Assembly (NCBI GenBank): GCA_964568655.1
Contig: CAZMRG010000001.1
Location: forward strand, 2,815-66,814
Direction of reading: 5' to 3'
Length of the DNA: 64,000 nucleotides
DNA from: an uncultured Ignavibacteriales bacterium
GTDB taxonomy: Bacteria > Bacteroidota > Ignavibacteria > Tepidaquicellales > OLB5
The position numbers were made by a program, and so were the translations under genes. Position 1 is the stretch's first letter, and every line of letters starts with the position of its first letter. Under the pieces are notes generated by a model. That model worked only from the letters and a program-made list of their open reading frames with translations, searched no databases and was not told where the DNA came from. Below are positions 43,716 to 53,185 of the stretch, piece by piece.

Positions 43716-46538
43716 TCAATCGCGGTAACAAATACTTTTGAACGCGCAGAATCTGCAGTGTTCGACGTATTCGGTTTGAGTAAAGGGTATTTCGGCGTCA
43801 AACAATCTCGTCAACAATTCTTTTAACCCGGCCTCAAATTTATTTATCGTTTCGGTTGTAAGCTCACCTTCAGATATGTAACGAATTCCTTCGCCGATAT
43901 TTCTTAATGGATAAATTCCCGGCTGAACCGCTTTTTCAGGATGAGCGGCATTGTATAATAATGCGTAGAAATGCGTCTGGAAGTACTCTTTGTACTCCGG
44001 GTCTTCAAACATCAGGTTGAAATTGTTTTCATTTATTTTTCTTGACGTGACTCTGCCTGTTTTATAATCAATAATTCGCGTTTTGTTTTTTCTCTCATCC
44101 ACCCTGTCAATTCTTCCGTTGAGAATTAATTTTTCTTTTCTGCCGTTAACTTCAATTTCGATATCTCTTAAATATTGTTCCTCGAGTTCAATTACTTTAA
44201 AAGGGGAGTCAATTTCATCGTTTTCAAGTATCTTTTGGGCTAATTTTTGCATAATCCCTTTATAAAGCAGGTTTTTGCCCTGCAGTTCGCCTGCCAACTC
44301 TCTCGCTTTATCAGCTTCTTTAAAAGCCTCTTCCAGTATTGGTCCAAACTCATTATCCAATCGCTTATTCAACGCTGCGAAATCATCTTTGCTAATTATT
44401 TTCCCCGCATAGTCATTATACAAAACCTTCATAACTTCATGAAAAATTTTCCCGAATGTAGCGCCGCCGAAAAATTCTTCAATATCGTCTTCTTCTTTCA
44501 ACCGTGCAATTCTTTCAAGATAGAATTTTAGCGAACAGGAAATAAACGAGGTTAAAGATGTTGCTGAAAATTTCCCGATAGTTCTAAGCTTCTCTAATAT
44601 TTCGTTATCTTTTATTATCGTAATTTCTATCTTCTTTGTGGCATGCGCAGGAATATCCAATATTAATTCTTCGAAAGAAATGTTCCTGTTGTTTTTAGCG
44701 AGTTCGCTTTCCAGCTGCAGAATAAACCTGCTTTTCTCTCCGGCGGCAAAATCGCCCGGCTCAGTATTATAAAACAAAAATATGTTTTTTGCTTTTTGGA
44801 TCAGCCTGTAGAAGTAATAAGCTGAAATTGCATCTTCATCTTCAAACGTTGGCAGCCGGAATGCCTTTCTGAGATGGAAGGGGATAAAAGAACTATTGGT
44901 ATTTCCCTTCGGCATTATGCCTTCATTCATAGAAAGTATAAAAACATTGTCAAAATCAACCGAACGTGTTTCCAGCAATCCCATTATCTGCAGTCCTTTT
45001 AATGGTTCTCCCGAAAAGGGAATGCGCACATTTGTGAGAACTTCCGATAAAATTTTCCAGAATGTTTCTGTTTCAATTTCCTGCGGGTATTTTGAAATTA
45101 TATCCGATAAACGGTTTAGCTGGGTGAAAAAGATGAAAAAATATTCTTTGTCTAATTTCTGAGAACTTTCAAGTTTAGAACTGCAATAAGTGAGTATTTT
45201 CTCCAGATAATCTATCGTGCCTTTCACTGAATCAACATAAGTAAATAATGTTGAGTGCAATATTTCATTTTCTGAAGTCAACATGCCTGAAGGAACGTAT
45301 ATGATATTTCTTTCCCTGATACGGTCAACCAGTTCATTGGATATTTTCGGAGCCGCCGATTTGATATACGGATGCATTAATACTTCGGTTACATACTTAT
45401 GATAGAATACTGGGCTCGATTTCTTTCCTTTTTTGTTCTTCTGTAATTTTTTGAGCGCCTCTACAAAGCTGTAAATCGGCGTATCCTTTATTGGATAGCC
45501 CATGGTCACATTGAACGACCCTATTTCTTCCGGAATTGAATGCAGCAGGGGAATCAGCAGCCTCTCATCCGGCAAAACCACCGCTGTACTATCCGTTATT
45601 TCAGATGATGACTGGTTCAGTCTTTGTAACTCAGCGCCAAGCGCTTTTACCTGCCCTGATTGCAGCGGCGCGCCTATCACAGTAATTTTCTTCGCATCTT
45701 CTCCGCTAAGCGTGGAAACTATCCAATTTGGCTTTTTAATTTCCAGATTTCTGAATGCGTTTCTAAGGAATGAACCTGCTTCCTGTTTAGGGTCGTTCAC
45801 ATAGTATTTATCAGCATCCCAGTACGTTTCTGCCTTCCCCAGCCTCGTAAGCTCTCTGATGATACCTTCTTCTGCTTTGTTAAGCGCGTTAAAGCCGGCA
45901 AAAATAATTTTATCCCATTTAATATCAGTTTTATTTGTCCTGATGTTCACATAGATTTTTCTGTAAGCCATTCCCTCATACGCGATATTTTTTTCACTCA
46001 GCCTTTGCCGGAATTCTTTATAAACCAATCCCAGTATTTCCCATGTTTTCAGGAAATCTCTTTGGTTTTTAGACAGGTCCTGCGAAGAAAACGAGCGCCA
46101 GAATTTACGGAACTCGTCAAAATCGCCAAAAGTCATCTCAAAAGTTTCTTCAAGCTCGCGGGTCTCTTTTATAATGCGGAATATCTCATCGGGCGGAACA
46201 AGGTTTTTATCAATATCATCAAAATCATCCAGTATCATATTTCCCCAGGGATAAAAACTATCAAACGACTCTCCCGTGATATGCTTTTTGTAAACTTCAT
46301 ACAATTCGAATATAAGAATGATCTTGTCTTCGATTGCAAACGGCGATAGCCGGTTCACAAAATCCTTTATGCCAAGTATTTCAGGGGCCCATGCAGGCTT
46401 TTCCAGTTTAGATGAAAGGAATTTCTTGAAGAACAATCCTGCCCTGACGGATGGGAATACAATGCACAACTTGCTGAGTTCTGAGGCATGCCTTAAAAGA
46501 ACTTCTTCAGCTAATTTATCCAGGAAATGCTGCGTCAT
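43716..46538 (-). CDS. addB: AddB-like helicase-nuclease subunit (PD-(D/E)XK nuclease with Fe-S cysteines, degenerate ATPase)
   Basis: 940 aa with no Walker A at the N-terminus. The C-terminal nuclease is GRIDRVDERKNKTRIIDYKTGR. The four-Cys pattern is SFISCSLKFY ... CRFCAFKSIC (C...CxxCxxxxxC), as in the AddB iron-sulfur staple. It overlaps the addA-like gene by 4 bp. Confidence 0.7.
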   Translation of the reverse strand: MTQHFLDKLAEEVLLRHASELSKLCIVFPSVRAGLFFKKFLSSKLEKPAWAPEILGIKDFVNRLSPFAIEDKIILIFELYEVYKKHITGESFDSFYPWGNMILDDFDDIDKNLVPPDEIFRIIKETRELEETFEMTFGDFDEFRKFWRSFSSQDLSKNQRDFLKTWEILGLVYKEFRQRLSEKNIAYEGMAYRKIYVNIRTNKTDIKWDKIIFAGFNALNKAEEGIIRELTRLGKAETYWDADKYYVNDPKQEAGSFLRNAFRNLEIKKPNWIVSTLSGEDAKKITVIGAPLQSGQVKALGAELQRLNQSSSEITDSTAVVLPDERLLIPLLHSIPEEIGSFNVTMGYPIKDTPIYSFVEALKKLQKNKKGKKSSPVFYHKYVTEVLMHPYIKSAAPKISNELVDRIRERNIIYVPSGMLTSENEILHSTLFTYVDSVKGTIDYLEKILTYCSSKLESSQKLDKEYFFIFFTQLNRLSDIISKYPQEIETETFWKILSEVLTNVRIPFSGEPLKGLQIMGLLETRSVDFDNVFILSMNEGIMPKGNTNSSFIPFHLRKAFRLPTFEDEDAISAYYFYRLIQKAKNIFLFYNTEPGDFAAGEKSRFILQLESELAKNNRNISFEELILDIPAHATKKIEITIIKDNEILEKLRTIGKFSATSLTSFISCSLKFYLERIARLKEEDDIEEFFGGATFGKIFHEVMKVLYNDYAGKIISKDDFAALNKRLDNEFGPILEEAFKEADKARELAGELQGKNLLYKGIMQKLAQKILENDEIDSPFKVIELEEQYLRDIEIEVNGRKEKLILNGRIDRVDERKNKTRIIDYKTGRVTSRKINENNFNLMFEDPEYKEYFQTHFYALLYNAAHPEKAVQPGIYPLRNIGEGIRYISEGELTTETINKFEAGLKELLTRLFDAEIPFTQTEYVEHCRFCAFKSICYRD

Positions 46539-49500
46539 ATCTTCACCGCCTTCGCGGAAGAAACATAATAAATATATTTGTCAACTGACTCAAATCCTGC
46601 TTTAATCAATGCGTCGGCATATTCATTTACCTGCGATTCATGTTCTTTGAATTGAGCGCCTGTTTTGTAATCAATCACAATCGCTCTATTGTCATTTATC
46701 ATCACGCGGTCAGGACGGATCGTTTTACCTCCCGGTATCAAAATATCCGGCTCAGTTTTGATTTCCCATTTGCCTGAAAACCATTCTTTGACCTCATTGT
46801 TATTTACGATTTCAGTCAGCTCTTTAATGTATGAATCTCTATCGTTATCGCGGATCAATCCTTCGCTGATTAATTTATTGACAGCGTTTTCAACATCATT
46901 TAACACGATTATATTTGCCAGGGCTCTATGAATTAAAATCCCTCTCTCAATAGCGCTGTTCTTTGTTTGAATAACAACTTTATCCGAATAACCGGATGAT
47001 ATAGTTGAATCTAATTTGACGGAATTAATTTTTCCAATTGCGGTTTTTGATTTCTTCTTTTCTCTCCTGCCAAATTCAGCTCCTTCTGCCGGTAAACTTT
47101 CTTTTATTAATTTCGACGCATTAAAAGAATTACTGGCTATTTGAGGGCATATTACATAAAGTCTTTCAATTGCTCTCGTGAAAGCAACGTATAACAGATT
47201 CAGGTTATCTATGTTTGTCATGACAAACTCATCCTCATAATCTTTCCTGAAATAGCTGTTTTTCAGGTTGCTTACAGCTCTTACAAGGTAAGCGGATGAA
47301 CGGTTAAACGGCTCCTCGCCAGATGAAACCCAGATAAGATCGCGGCTGCCGCTTATGTTAAATTCCCAGTTTGCATATGGGATTACAACGGCGGGGGACT
47401 GAAGTCCCTTTGCCATGTGAATTGTCAATACCTTAATAGCATTTTCCTCTTCGGGAACATTAATTGAAATTTTTTCTTTGTTTTCTTCCCACCACGAAAT
47501 AAATGCAGTAATATCTGAATTCTCTTTCTTCACATACTCAAGTATAAGGTCCAGGAAACGCTGAAGGTACGCATCGGCCTTTGCATTCAACCCGAAAATG
47601 CGTACAAGGTTTTCAACCAACTCATACAAAGTTAAGTTGTTAAGCTTTGGGTTGATGCCGTTAGAATTCGGCAGCGCTGAGAAAAATTCTTTCGGAAGCT
47701 TTGATCCAAAAAGTAAACCGGAAGTTTTTTTATAATCTTCAAAAATATCCCTGTAATTATTAAAATCTTCTTTAATATAAACTAAATAATTGAAGAGTAT
47801 TTCTGTTTTCGCAATGTCATTTGAACTGTCCGAAATGTATTTCAGTAAGTTGATAAGCAATTTTACTCTGGGCGAATTTGTTATCAATAGAGAATCATTT
47901 GAAACCACTTTATATCCGCTGCCGGTTAACAACTCCGCGAGGTGCGATGCCTCGCTGTTCCTGCGTGTCAGTATCATTATATCTCTCAATTCGAATCCGT
48001 CATCAATAAGCTGGTTAACATAATTAAGCGTCAATTCATCAGATCTTTCATTAGCGCTTTTTTCGTTATCTTTTTCAGTTTCAATAAAATCAACTTTTAC
48101 ATATCCGCCTCTTTTATCTTCGCTTTGAGTTTGCGTAACTTCTTTATACGATTCTTCAATAAGCTCCGCATACTCTGCATTCTTTTCAGCAAGATGCTTA
48201 GATGCCGCAAGGAAAAAACTATTATTAAACTTTACAATCTCATTAAAGCTCCGCCAGTTGTCTTTTAAGTTTTCAACGCCTATCAATTCTTTAAACGGGG
48301 CCAGGTCCTCCTGTACTTTTTCCAGAAGCAGCTTCATGTTGCCGCTGCGCCAGCGGTAAACTGATTGCTTAACATCGCCGACTATCATAGAAAAATTACC
48401 TTCGCTAATTGAATTTGTTACCAGCGGCAATAGATTCATCCATTGGTAGTTCGAAGTATCCTGGAATTCATCTACCAGGTAGTTCTTAAAAACGTTCCCT
48501 ATTTTTTCGTAAATGAACGGACTTGGCTCGTTCGAGATTATTTGCTTTAAAATGATATTAGTATCAGATATAAGCAGCAGCTTGTTCTCATCGCGGTAAG
48601 CTTTGAGGCTTTCCAGCAGATCGTTAAATATTCCAAGTATATAAACTGTCTTTGTAAGCTCTTTGGCGGAGAAATATTTTTTGTGGTTCTGTTCGTAATT
48701 ATCGACCGCTTTAATCAGCAGGTCATAAAGCCCCTCATTTATTGCAGTGTGAAGATTGGGATGCGGGCTCTTTGTAAACCATTTTTGAGAATTGGAATAG
48801 GCATCAAGCACTCTAGTTGTTGGTTCATAGACTTTATTCCGGATTTTATTTAAAAGGTAGTTCATAAATCCGGATTTACCAAAAGGGAAATCTCCCATCG
48901 TAAGTCCGTATTTTTCCATGATATTATTTGCCGAAGCGCATATGGAATTCATCGTACCTTCAAATGAGTTTACAATTGCGAACATTATGGAAACAAACTC
49001 CAGCATTTTCCCGCGGCTATCGGCGAGGTCGTCGTTACTGTTTTCCTTCCTTTCCCAATACCGCTCTTTAAATATTTCAGCGGAAAGGTTTTTAACCTTA
49101 TGCTCAATTCTCCAGTCGCCGTCTTCATCAATATTGTAATAGACAAAGTTCTCAAGGTAATTTCTCAGTTTTTCATCTTCGCCGATACGGTCAAATATCT
49201 CATCAATTAATTTATCCAGAACTGTTTCCGGTTTCATTTCAATATCATAACCAAGCTGCAGCTTCAGCTCTCTTGCAAACGAGCGTATTACTTTATGGAA
49301 GAAGCTATCGATTGTTTGAACCGCAAAGAAAGAATATTTGTGAAGTATATTCGATAAAACATCCTGTGCAAGAGACGTGATGTTACCTTTGACGCCTTCA
49401 TTACTCAATATTTCCGCAAGGTTTGCGTCTTTGCCTTCGGCAAGTTCGCCGAGCTTTTCGATAACACGCCTTTTCATTTCTGCGGCGGCTTTGTTCGTAA

Positions 49501-49624
49501 AGGTAATAGCAAGCGTATGCCTGAATTCATCCGGCTTAGATAGCGCCAGCCTCAGATACTCTTTTACAAGCGTGTATGTCTTGCCCGAGCCCGCGGAAGA
49601 TTTATATATGAGGAAATTTTTCAA
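46535..49624 (-). CDS. addA: AddA-like UvrD/Rep-family helicase with C-terminal PD-(D/E)XK nuclease
   Basis: 1029 aa with a TTG start. Walker A is SSAGSGKTYTL and motif II is VDEFQDTSNYQW. It also carries GDVKQSVYRWR and TIHMAKGLQ. The C-terminus is IRPDRVMINDNRAIVIDYKTG. Confidence 0.75.
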   Translation of the reverse strand: MKNFLIYKSSAGSGKTYTLVKEYLRLALSKPDEFRHTLAITFTNKAAAEMKRRVIEKLGELAEGKDANLAEILSNEGVKGNITSLAQDVLSNILHKYSFFAVQTIDSFFHKVIRSFARELKLQLGYDIEMKPETVLDKLIDEIFDRIGEDEKLRNYLENFVYYNIDEDGDWRIEHKVKNLSAEIFKERYWERKENSNDDLADSRGKMLEFVSIMFAIVNSFEGTMNSICASANNIMEKYGLTMGDFPFGKSGFMNYLLNKIRNKVYEPTTRVLDAYSNSQKWFTKSPHPNLHTAINEGLYDLLIKAVDNYEQNHKKYFSAKELTKTVYILGIFNDLLESLKAYRDENKLLLISDTNIILKQIISNEPSPFIYEKIGNVFKNYLVDEFQDTSNYQWMNLLPLVTNSISEGNFSMIVGDVKQSVYRWRSGNMKLLLEKVQEDLAPFKELIGVENLKDNWRSFNEIVKFNNSFFLAASKHLAEKNAEYAELIEESYKEVTQTQSEDKRGGYVKVDFIETEKDNEKSANERSDELTLNYVNQLIDDGFELRDIMILTRRNSEASHLAELLTGSGYKVVSNDSLLITNSPRVKLLINLLKYISDSSNDIAKTEILFNYLVYIKEDFNNYRDIFEDYKKTSGLLFGSKLPKEFFSALPNSNGINPKLNNLTLYELVENLVRIFGLNAKADAYLQRFLDLILEYVKKENSDITAFISWWEENKEKISINVPEEENAIKVLTIHMAKGLQSPAVVIPYANWEFNISGSRDLIWVSSGEEPFNRSSAYLVRAVSNLKNSYFRKDYEDEFVMTNIDNLNLLYVAFTRAIERLYVICPQIASNSFNASKLIKESLPAEGAEFGRREKKKSKTAIGKINSVKLDSTISSGYSDKVVIQTKNSAIERGILIHRALANIIVLNDVENAVNKLISEGLIRDNDRDSYIKELTEIVNNNEVKEWFSGKWEIKTEPDILIPGGKTIRPDRVMINDNRAIVIDYKTGAQFKEHESQVNEYADALIKAGFESVDKYIYYVSSAKAVKI

Positions 49625-49653
49625 GGTGAATTATTAATTGAATAGTCAAAGTT

Positions 49654-49679
49654 AAAGGCGGTAATAAATACCGCCCTTT
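49654..49679 (-). terminator. Probable terminator downstream of the S9 peptidase gene
   Basis: On the minus strand: AAAGGGCGGTA-TTTAT-TACCGCCTTT followed by AACTTTG. Confidence 0.5.
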
Positions 49680-49730
49680 GTTATCAGCTAAAATTACAAC
49701 CTGGTCAATGTAAAGTCCTTCAAAAATTAG

Positions 49731-49769
49731 ATTCCCGCCTTCGCGCCTGTCTACTGCAGGCAGGGGAAT
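49731..49769. repeat. Composite palindromic element: 20-nt hairpin interrupted by a 19-nt palindrome
   Basis: ATTCCCGCCTTCGCG | CCTGTCTACTGCAGGCAGG | GGAAT. The outer parts join to give exactly the 42354-42373 element. The insert matches 16052-16070 at 17/19 positions. Confidence 0.75.
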
Positions 49770-49780
49770 TTAAAAAATGA

Positions 49781-51619
49781 TTACTTCAAATTCTCAGCGA
49801 GAAACTTTTCCATTGCTTCGTAGAAATCAAATTTGTTTTCCTGGTTTGAAAATCCATGTCCCTCATTTTCTTTGACCATATATGGAGCTTTGATACCTCT
49901 TTTTTCAAGGGCTTTAACCATTTGATCCGATTCGTTTATGTTAACCCTTGGGTCCATTTTGCCCTGTACAATAAACAGCGGCGCTTTGATCTTATCAACA
50001 TGGAACACCGGCGAAGCCGCACGCATCAGTTCTTCATCCTTTTCAGGGTTGCCTACCATTTCGTACATCATTTCAAGCTGAGGTTTCCAGTACTCCGGGA
50101 TCGATTTCATGAATGTAAATAAATTCGAAACGCCTACATAATCCACGCCGCATGCATATAAGTCAGGTGTGAATGTCAGGCCTGCAAGCGTAGCATAACC
50201 GCCGTAACTTCCGCCATAGATCGCTATACGTTTTGCGTCGGCAATGCCTTCACCAATCAACCACTTTACGCCGTCGGTAATATCGTCCTGCATTGTTTTA
50301 CCCCATTGTTTGAACGAAACTTCGAGGAATTCTCTTCCGTAACCTGTAGAGCCCCTGAAATTCATCTGCAAGACTGCATAACCGCGGTTTGCCAGGAACT
50401 GCACCTCGGGATTGTAAACCCAGTAATCTCTGTGCCAGGGACCGCCATGCGGATTTACTACTACCGGAAGATCCTTCGGTTCAATGCCTTTGGGAAGCGT
50501 TAAGTAGCCGTTGATTTCAAGGCCGTCTCTGGATTTATATTTTATCGGTTTTATCTCAGCCATGTCATTTTCGTTCATCCACGGACTTACATCTGATAAT
50601 TTTGTCAGAGAATTCGTATTGGCGTCATAGAAATAAAATGCTCCAAGCGAGCGGTCGCTGTATGTTCTGATTATTATCTTATCTTCGCTTTTACTCATGT
50701 CTGAAATTATGGCTTCATAACCGGCAAGCTCTTTATCAATAGTTGCGAAGACTTTTCTAATCTCTTCATCAATAATATGGCGCTCCTGCTTCCAGGTGGT
50801 AAAATTAATGGAGGTCAGAACTTTTCTCTTTTTGGAATAGCTCAAATCATAAACGTCCACTTCGGGATGCTCGTAAATCACTTCAGTTTCTTTTGCGCTT
50901 TCCAGATCAAATTTTACAATTGCCATTTTATCTCTTCCCAGGTTTGAAGCCGCAAATATATTCTTATTGTCAAATGTGAAAAATAGAGGGGCCATATTCT
51001 CCCTGAACGATGTTGTAAGTATGGTTTTAAAAGGAACATCTTCACTCTCGCGGTATAAAAGGCTGCTATTTACTCCGTCCGATGTAGTTGCCGCCCTGAT
51101 CATGCCTTCATGGTCGGTTATCCATCTAGTAATATTCCCGGGGTTTTCCGCCGCAAGCTCCATTTCGCCGGTCACGATGTTTAATCGATAAGCGTCAAAT
51201 ACACGCGGGTCGCGTTTGTTGATCTCGATCAAAATTTCATTTTCTATCTCATCCAGCTCATCAACTATGTTAACCCTCACGCCTTCAAACGGCGTCAGCT
51301 CTTTAAGATTCGACCCGTCAATATCAATTGCAAAAAGATGAAAATTCTCATCGCCTTTGTTATCCCGCAGGTAAATTATCCTCGAATCGCTTCCCCAAAT
51401 ATAGCTTTGAATGTCTCTTTCTTTGACGGAAGTAATGCGCTGGGCGTTTTTATCGCCTGTTTTCCGAACGAATATATTCAGCCGGTCTTCATGCGGAGCA
51501 AGAAATGAAATATAAGCGCCATTGGGAGAAATTTTGTAATTGGTCTTTTCAGGATTCCTAAAAAAATCTCTTAAGGGAATTTGATTTGAGAGCTTTAATG
51601 ATAATTGTGAATTAAACAT
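49781..51619 (-). CDS. S9 family serine peptidase (prolyl oligopeptidase / dipeptidyl aminopeptidase type)
   Basis: 612 aa with an N-terminal beta-propeller region. The catalytic domain carries NPHGGPW, the nucleophile elbow IYGGSYGGYATL, VQGKMDPRV and NEGHGF. Confidence 0.9.
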   Translation of the reverse strand: MFNSQLSLKLSNQIPLRDFFRNPEKTNYKISPNGAYISFLAPHEDRLNIFVRKTGDKNAQRITSVKERDIQSYIWGSDSRIIYLRDNKGDENFHLFAIDIDGSNLKELTPFEGVRVNIVDELDEIENEILIEINKRDPRVFDAYRLNIVTGEMELAAENPGNITRWITDHEGMIRAATTSDGVNSSLLYRESEDVPFKTILTTSFRENMAPLFFTFDNKNIFAASNLGRDKMAIVKFDLESAKETEVIYEHPEVDVYDLSYSKKRKVLTSINFTTWKQERHIIDEEIRKVFATIDKELAGYEAIISDMSKSEDKIIIRTYSDRSLGAFYFYDANTNSLTKLSDVSPWMNENDMAEIKPIKYKSRDGLEINGYLTLPKGIEPKDLPVVVNPHGGPWHRDYWVYNPEVQFLANRGYAVLQMNFRGSTGYGREFLEVSFKQWGKTMQDDITDGVKWLIGEGIADAKRIAIYGGSYGGYATLAGLTFTPDLYACGVDYVGVSNLFTFMKSIPEYWKPQLEMMYEMVGNPEKDEELMRAASPVFHVDKIKAPLFIVQGKMDPRVNINESDQMVKALEKRGIKAPYMVKENEGHGFSNQENKFDFYEAMEKFLAENLK

Positions 51620-51704
51620 AATTTTGAAAATAAAAATTAATTTATGATTTAGTTGATTAAAGCAGAAGGCTTGTAAATAAACCGGAACATCCTGAATGTA
51701 TTTT

Positions 51705-52655
51705 TCAGGATCGATTAATATTCTTTAAAAACGGATGATACTCGCCTTTCAGTCCAATTGGGCTGGAATTTCTGATCTCATATACCGCTTCTATAGAAGG
51801 CTTTGTTACTTCAATTCCAAAACCTTTTCCGCCGAGTATCTCTTTGTAGCTTTTTGTGTGAAGGTCCGTGAATCCTTCCGAAAATTCAAACTCTTTCCCG
51901 TTCAGTAAAATTGAACGGTAAGTCTTATGGTTCTTATCCGGCAGATCGGCGCTATCGATAGACAGGTACCATTTCACGTCTGCATTTTCCAGCTCCAGAA
52001 CGCCGCTTGCTTTATCTTCTTTATAATAGTGCACCTTGTTCGACTTAATGCCGCCAAATATCCATATCAACATATCAAAAAAATGAATTCCAATATTAGT
52101 GGCGATACCGCCTGATTTTCCCACGTCGCCTTTCCATGAATAATGATACCACTTTCCGCGGGGTGTGATATAAGTCAGAACAATATTATATTTCTTTTTA
52201 GCTTTCGCCTGATCTATTTCTTTCTTCAGCGCAATTATCTGCGGGTGAAGCCTAAGCTGTAATATTGTATTAACGCTCCTGCCCGATTCTTTTTCCAGGG
52301 CTTTTAAAGCGTCAACGTTCCACGGATTCAAAACCAGCGGCTTCTCGCAAATTGCGTTTGCATCTTCTCTTAACGCAAATCTTATATGCGCGTCATGAAG
52401 ATAGTTGGGTGAGCAAATACTCACATAATGAATTCTTTTCTTGTCGCCCATCAGCCTGAGTTTCTCAGCATGGCGGTCAAATCTCTCGAACTCGGTGAAG
52501 AAAGATGCTTCAGGGAAATAACTGTCAATAATTCCTACGGAATCAGTATTATCCAGTATTGCAACCAGGTTCTGATTGTTTTCTTTAATAGCCCTCAAAT
52601 GTCTTGGGGCAACATAACCGGCCGCGCCAATCAATGCGAAGTTATTTTTCAACAA
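51705..52655 (-). CDS. Gfo/Idh/MocA family oxidoreductase (WbpB-like sugar-nucleotide dehydrogenase type)
   Basis: 316 aa with a TTG start. The Rossmann N-terminus is FALIGAAGYVAPRHLRAI. It also carries ICSPNYLHDAHIRFALREDANAICEKPL. Confidence 0.8.
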   Translation of the reverse strand: MLKNNFALIGAAGYVAPRHLRAIKENNQNLVAILDNTDSVGIIDSYFPEASFFTEFERFDRHAEKLRLMGDKKRIHYVSICSPNYLHDAHIRFALREDANAICEKPLVLNPWNVDALKALEKESGRSVNTILQLRLHPQIIALKKEIDQAKAKKKYNIVLTYITPRGKWYHYSWKGDVGKSGGIATNIGIHFFDMLIWIFGGIKSNKVHYYKEDKASGVLELENADVKWYLSIDSADLPDKNHKTYRSILLNGKEFEFSEGFTDLHTKSYKEILGGKGFGIEVTKPSIEAVYEIRNSSPIGLKGEYHPFLKNINRS

Positions 52656-52738
52656 ATATATTTTTTTGATATTGTTTTCTAAAATAGTGAAAAAATTAAC
52701 AGTTAGGTATGGAATTTTTCGGTGAGGTTAACTTATCT

Positions 52739-53185
52739 CTATCTGTCTTTCAGTCTGTAAACCAGCTTTAACCCCGACCAGTCTTCATCTACCGCGCAAA
52801 CTTTAACATCTACCAAACCAGTATCCAGGGCAAAATTCCGGATCATATTTTCATTCACATCGGTTGGAATGTCAGATGACTTCTTCGGCCATGAAATCCA
52901 TAACATCCCGTCTTTTGACAAATGTTTTTTTAGAATTGGCATGGCTGATGAGTATTCCTTATTAGCTTTTGTGAAATAATGGATAAAATCGTAAGCTCCC
53001 TTAATGGATTTTAATCCGTGCTTTCCGGTGATTCTTTTTTTAGTTTTTGAACACGAGTCCGGTATTTCGCCCAGTATTTCAAAATAGCTATCGGGACAAT
53101 CAATAAATAAACAGCCCGAGCCCTCTTTGAGCCCGAGCTTAATTATCAGCGGTTTGCCGGAATAGCCTGAAGGTTGCTTCGTCAG
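52739..53185 (-). CDS. DUF3052 family protein; apparent CTG start overlapping upstream stop
   Basis: The track shows only the last 67 aa, from an internal ATG at 52942. The same frame is open up to 53191 and encodes (L)TKQPSGYSGKPLIIKLGLKEGSGCLFIDCPDSYFEILGEIP...YDFIHYFT...LWISWPKKSS...GLVDVKVCAVDEDWSGLKLVYRLKDR, which is the full DUF3052 layout. No ATG/GTG/TTG precedes SGYSGKPL. The CTG at 53185-53183 forms a CTGA overlap with the upstream TGA. Confidence 0.65.
   Translation of the reverse strand: MTKQPSGYSGKPLIIKLGLKEGSGCLFIDCPDSYFEILGEIPDSCSKTKKRITGKHGLKSIKGAYDFIHYFTKANKEYSSAMPILKKHLSKDGMLWISWPKKSSDIPTDVNENMIRNFALDTGLVDVKVCAVDEDWSGLKLVYRLKDR

Noticed and set aside
43716-49624. Helicase-nuclease pair as a novel defence system
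   Set aside because: The motifs (UvrD-type helicase plus C-terminal nuclease, and a partner with an inactive ATPase, a PD-(D/E)XK nuclease and a C...CxxCxxxxxC Fe-S staple) fit the housekeeping AddAB/RexAB recombination-repair enzyme.
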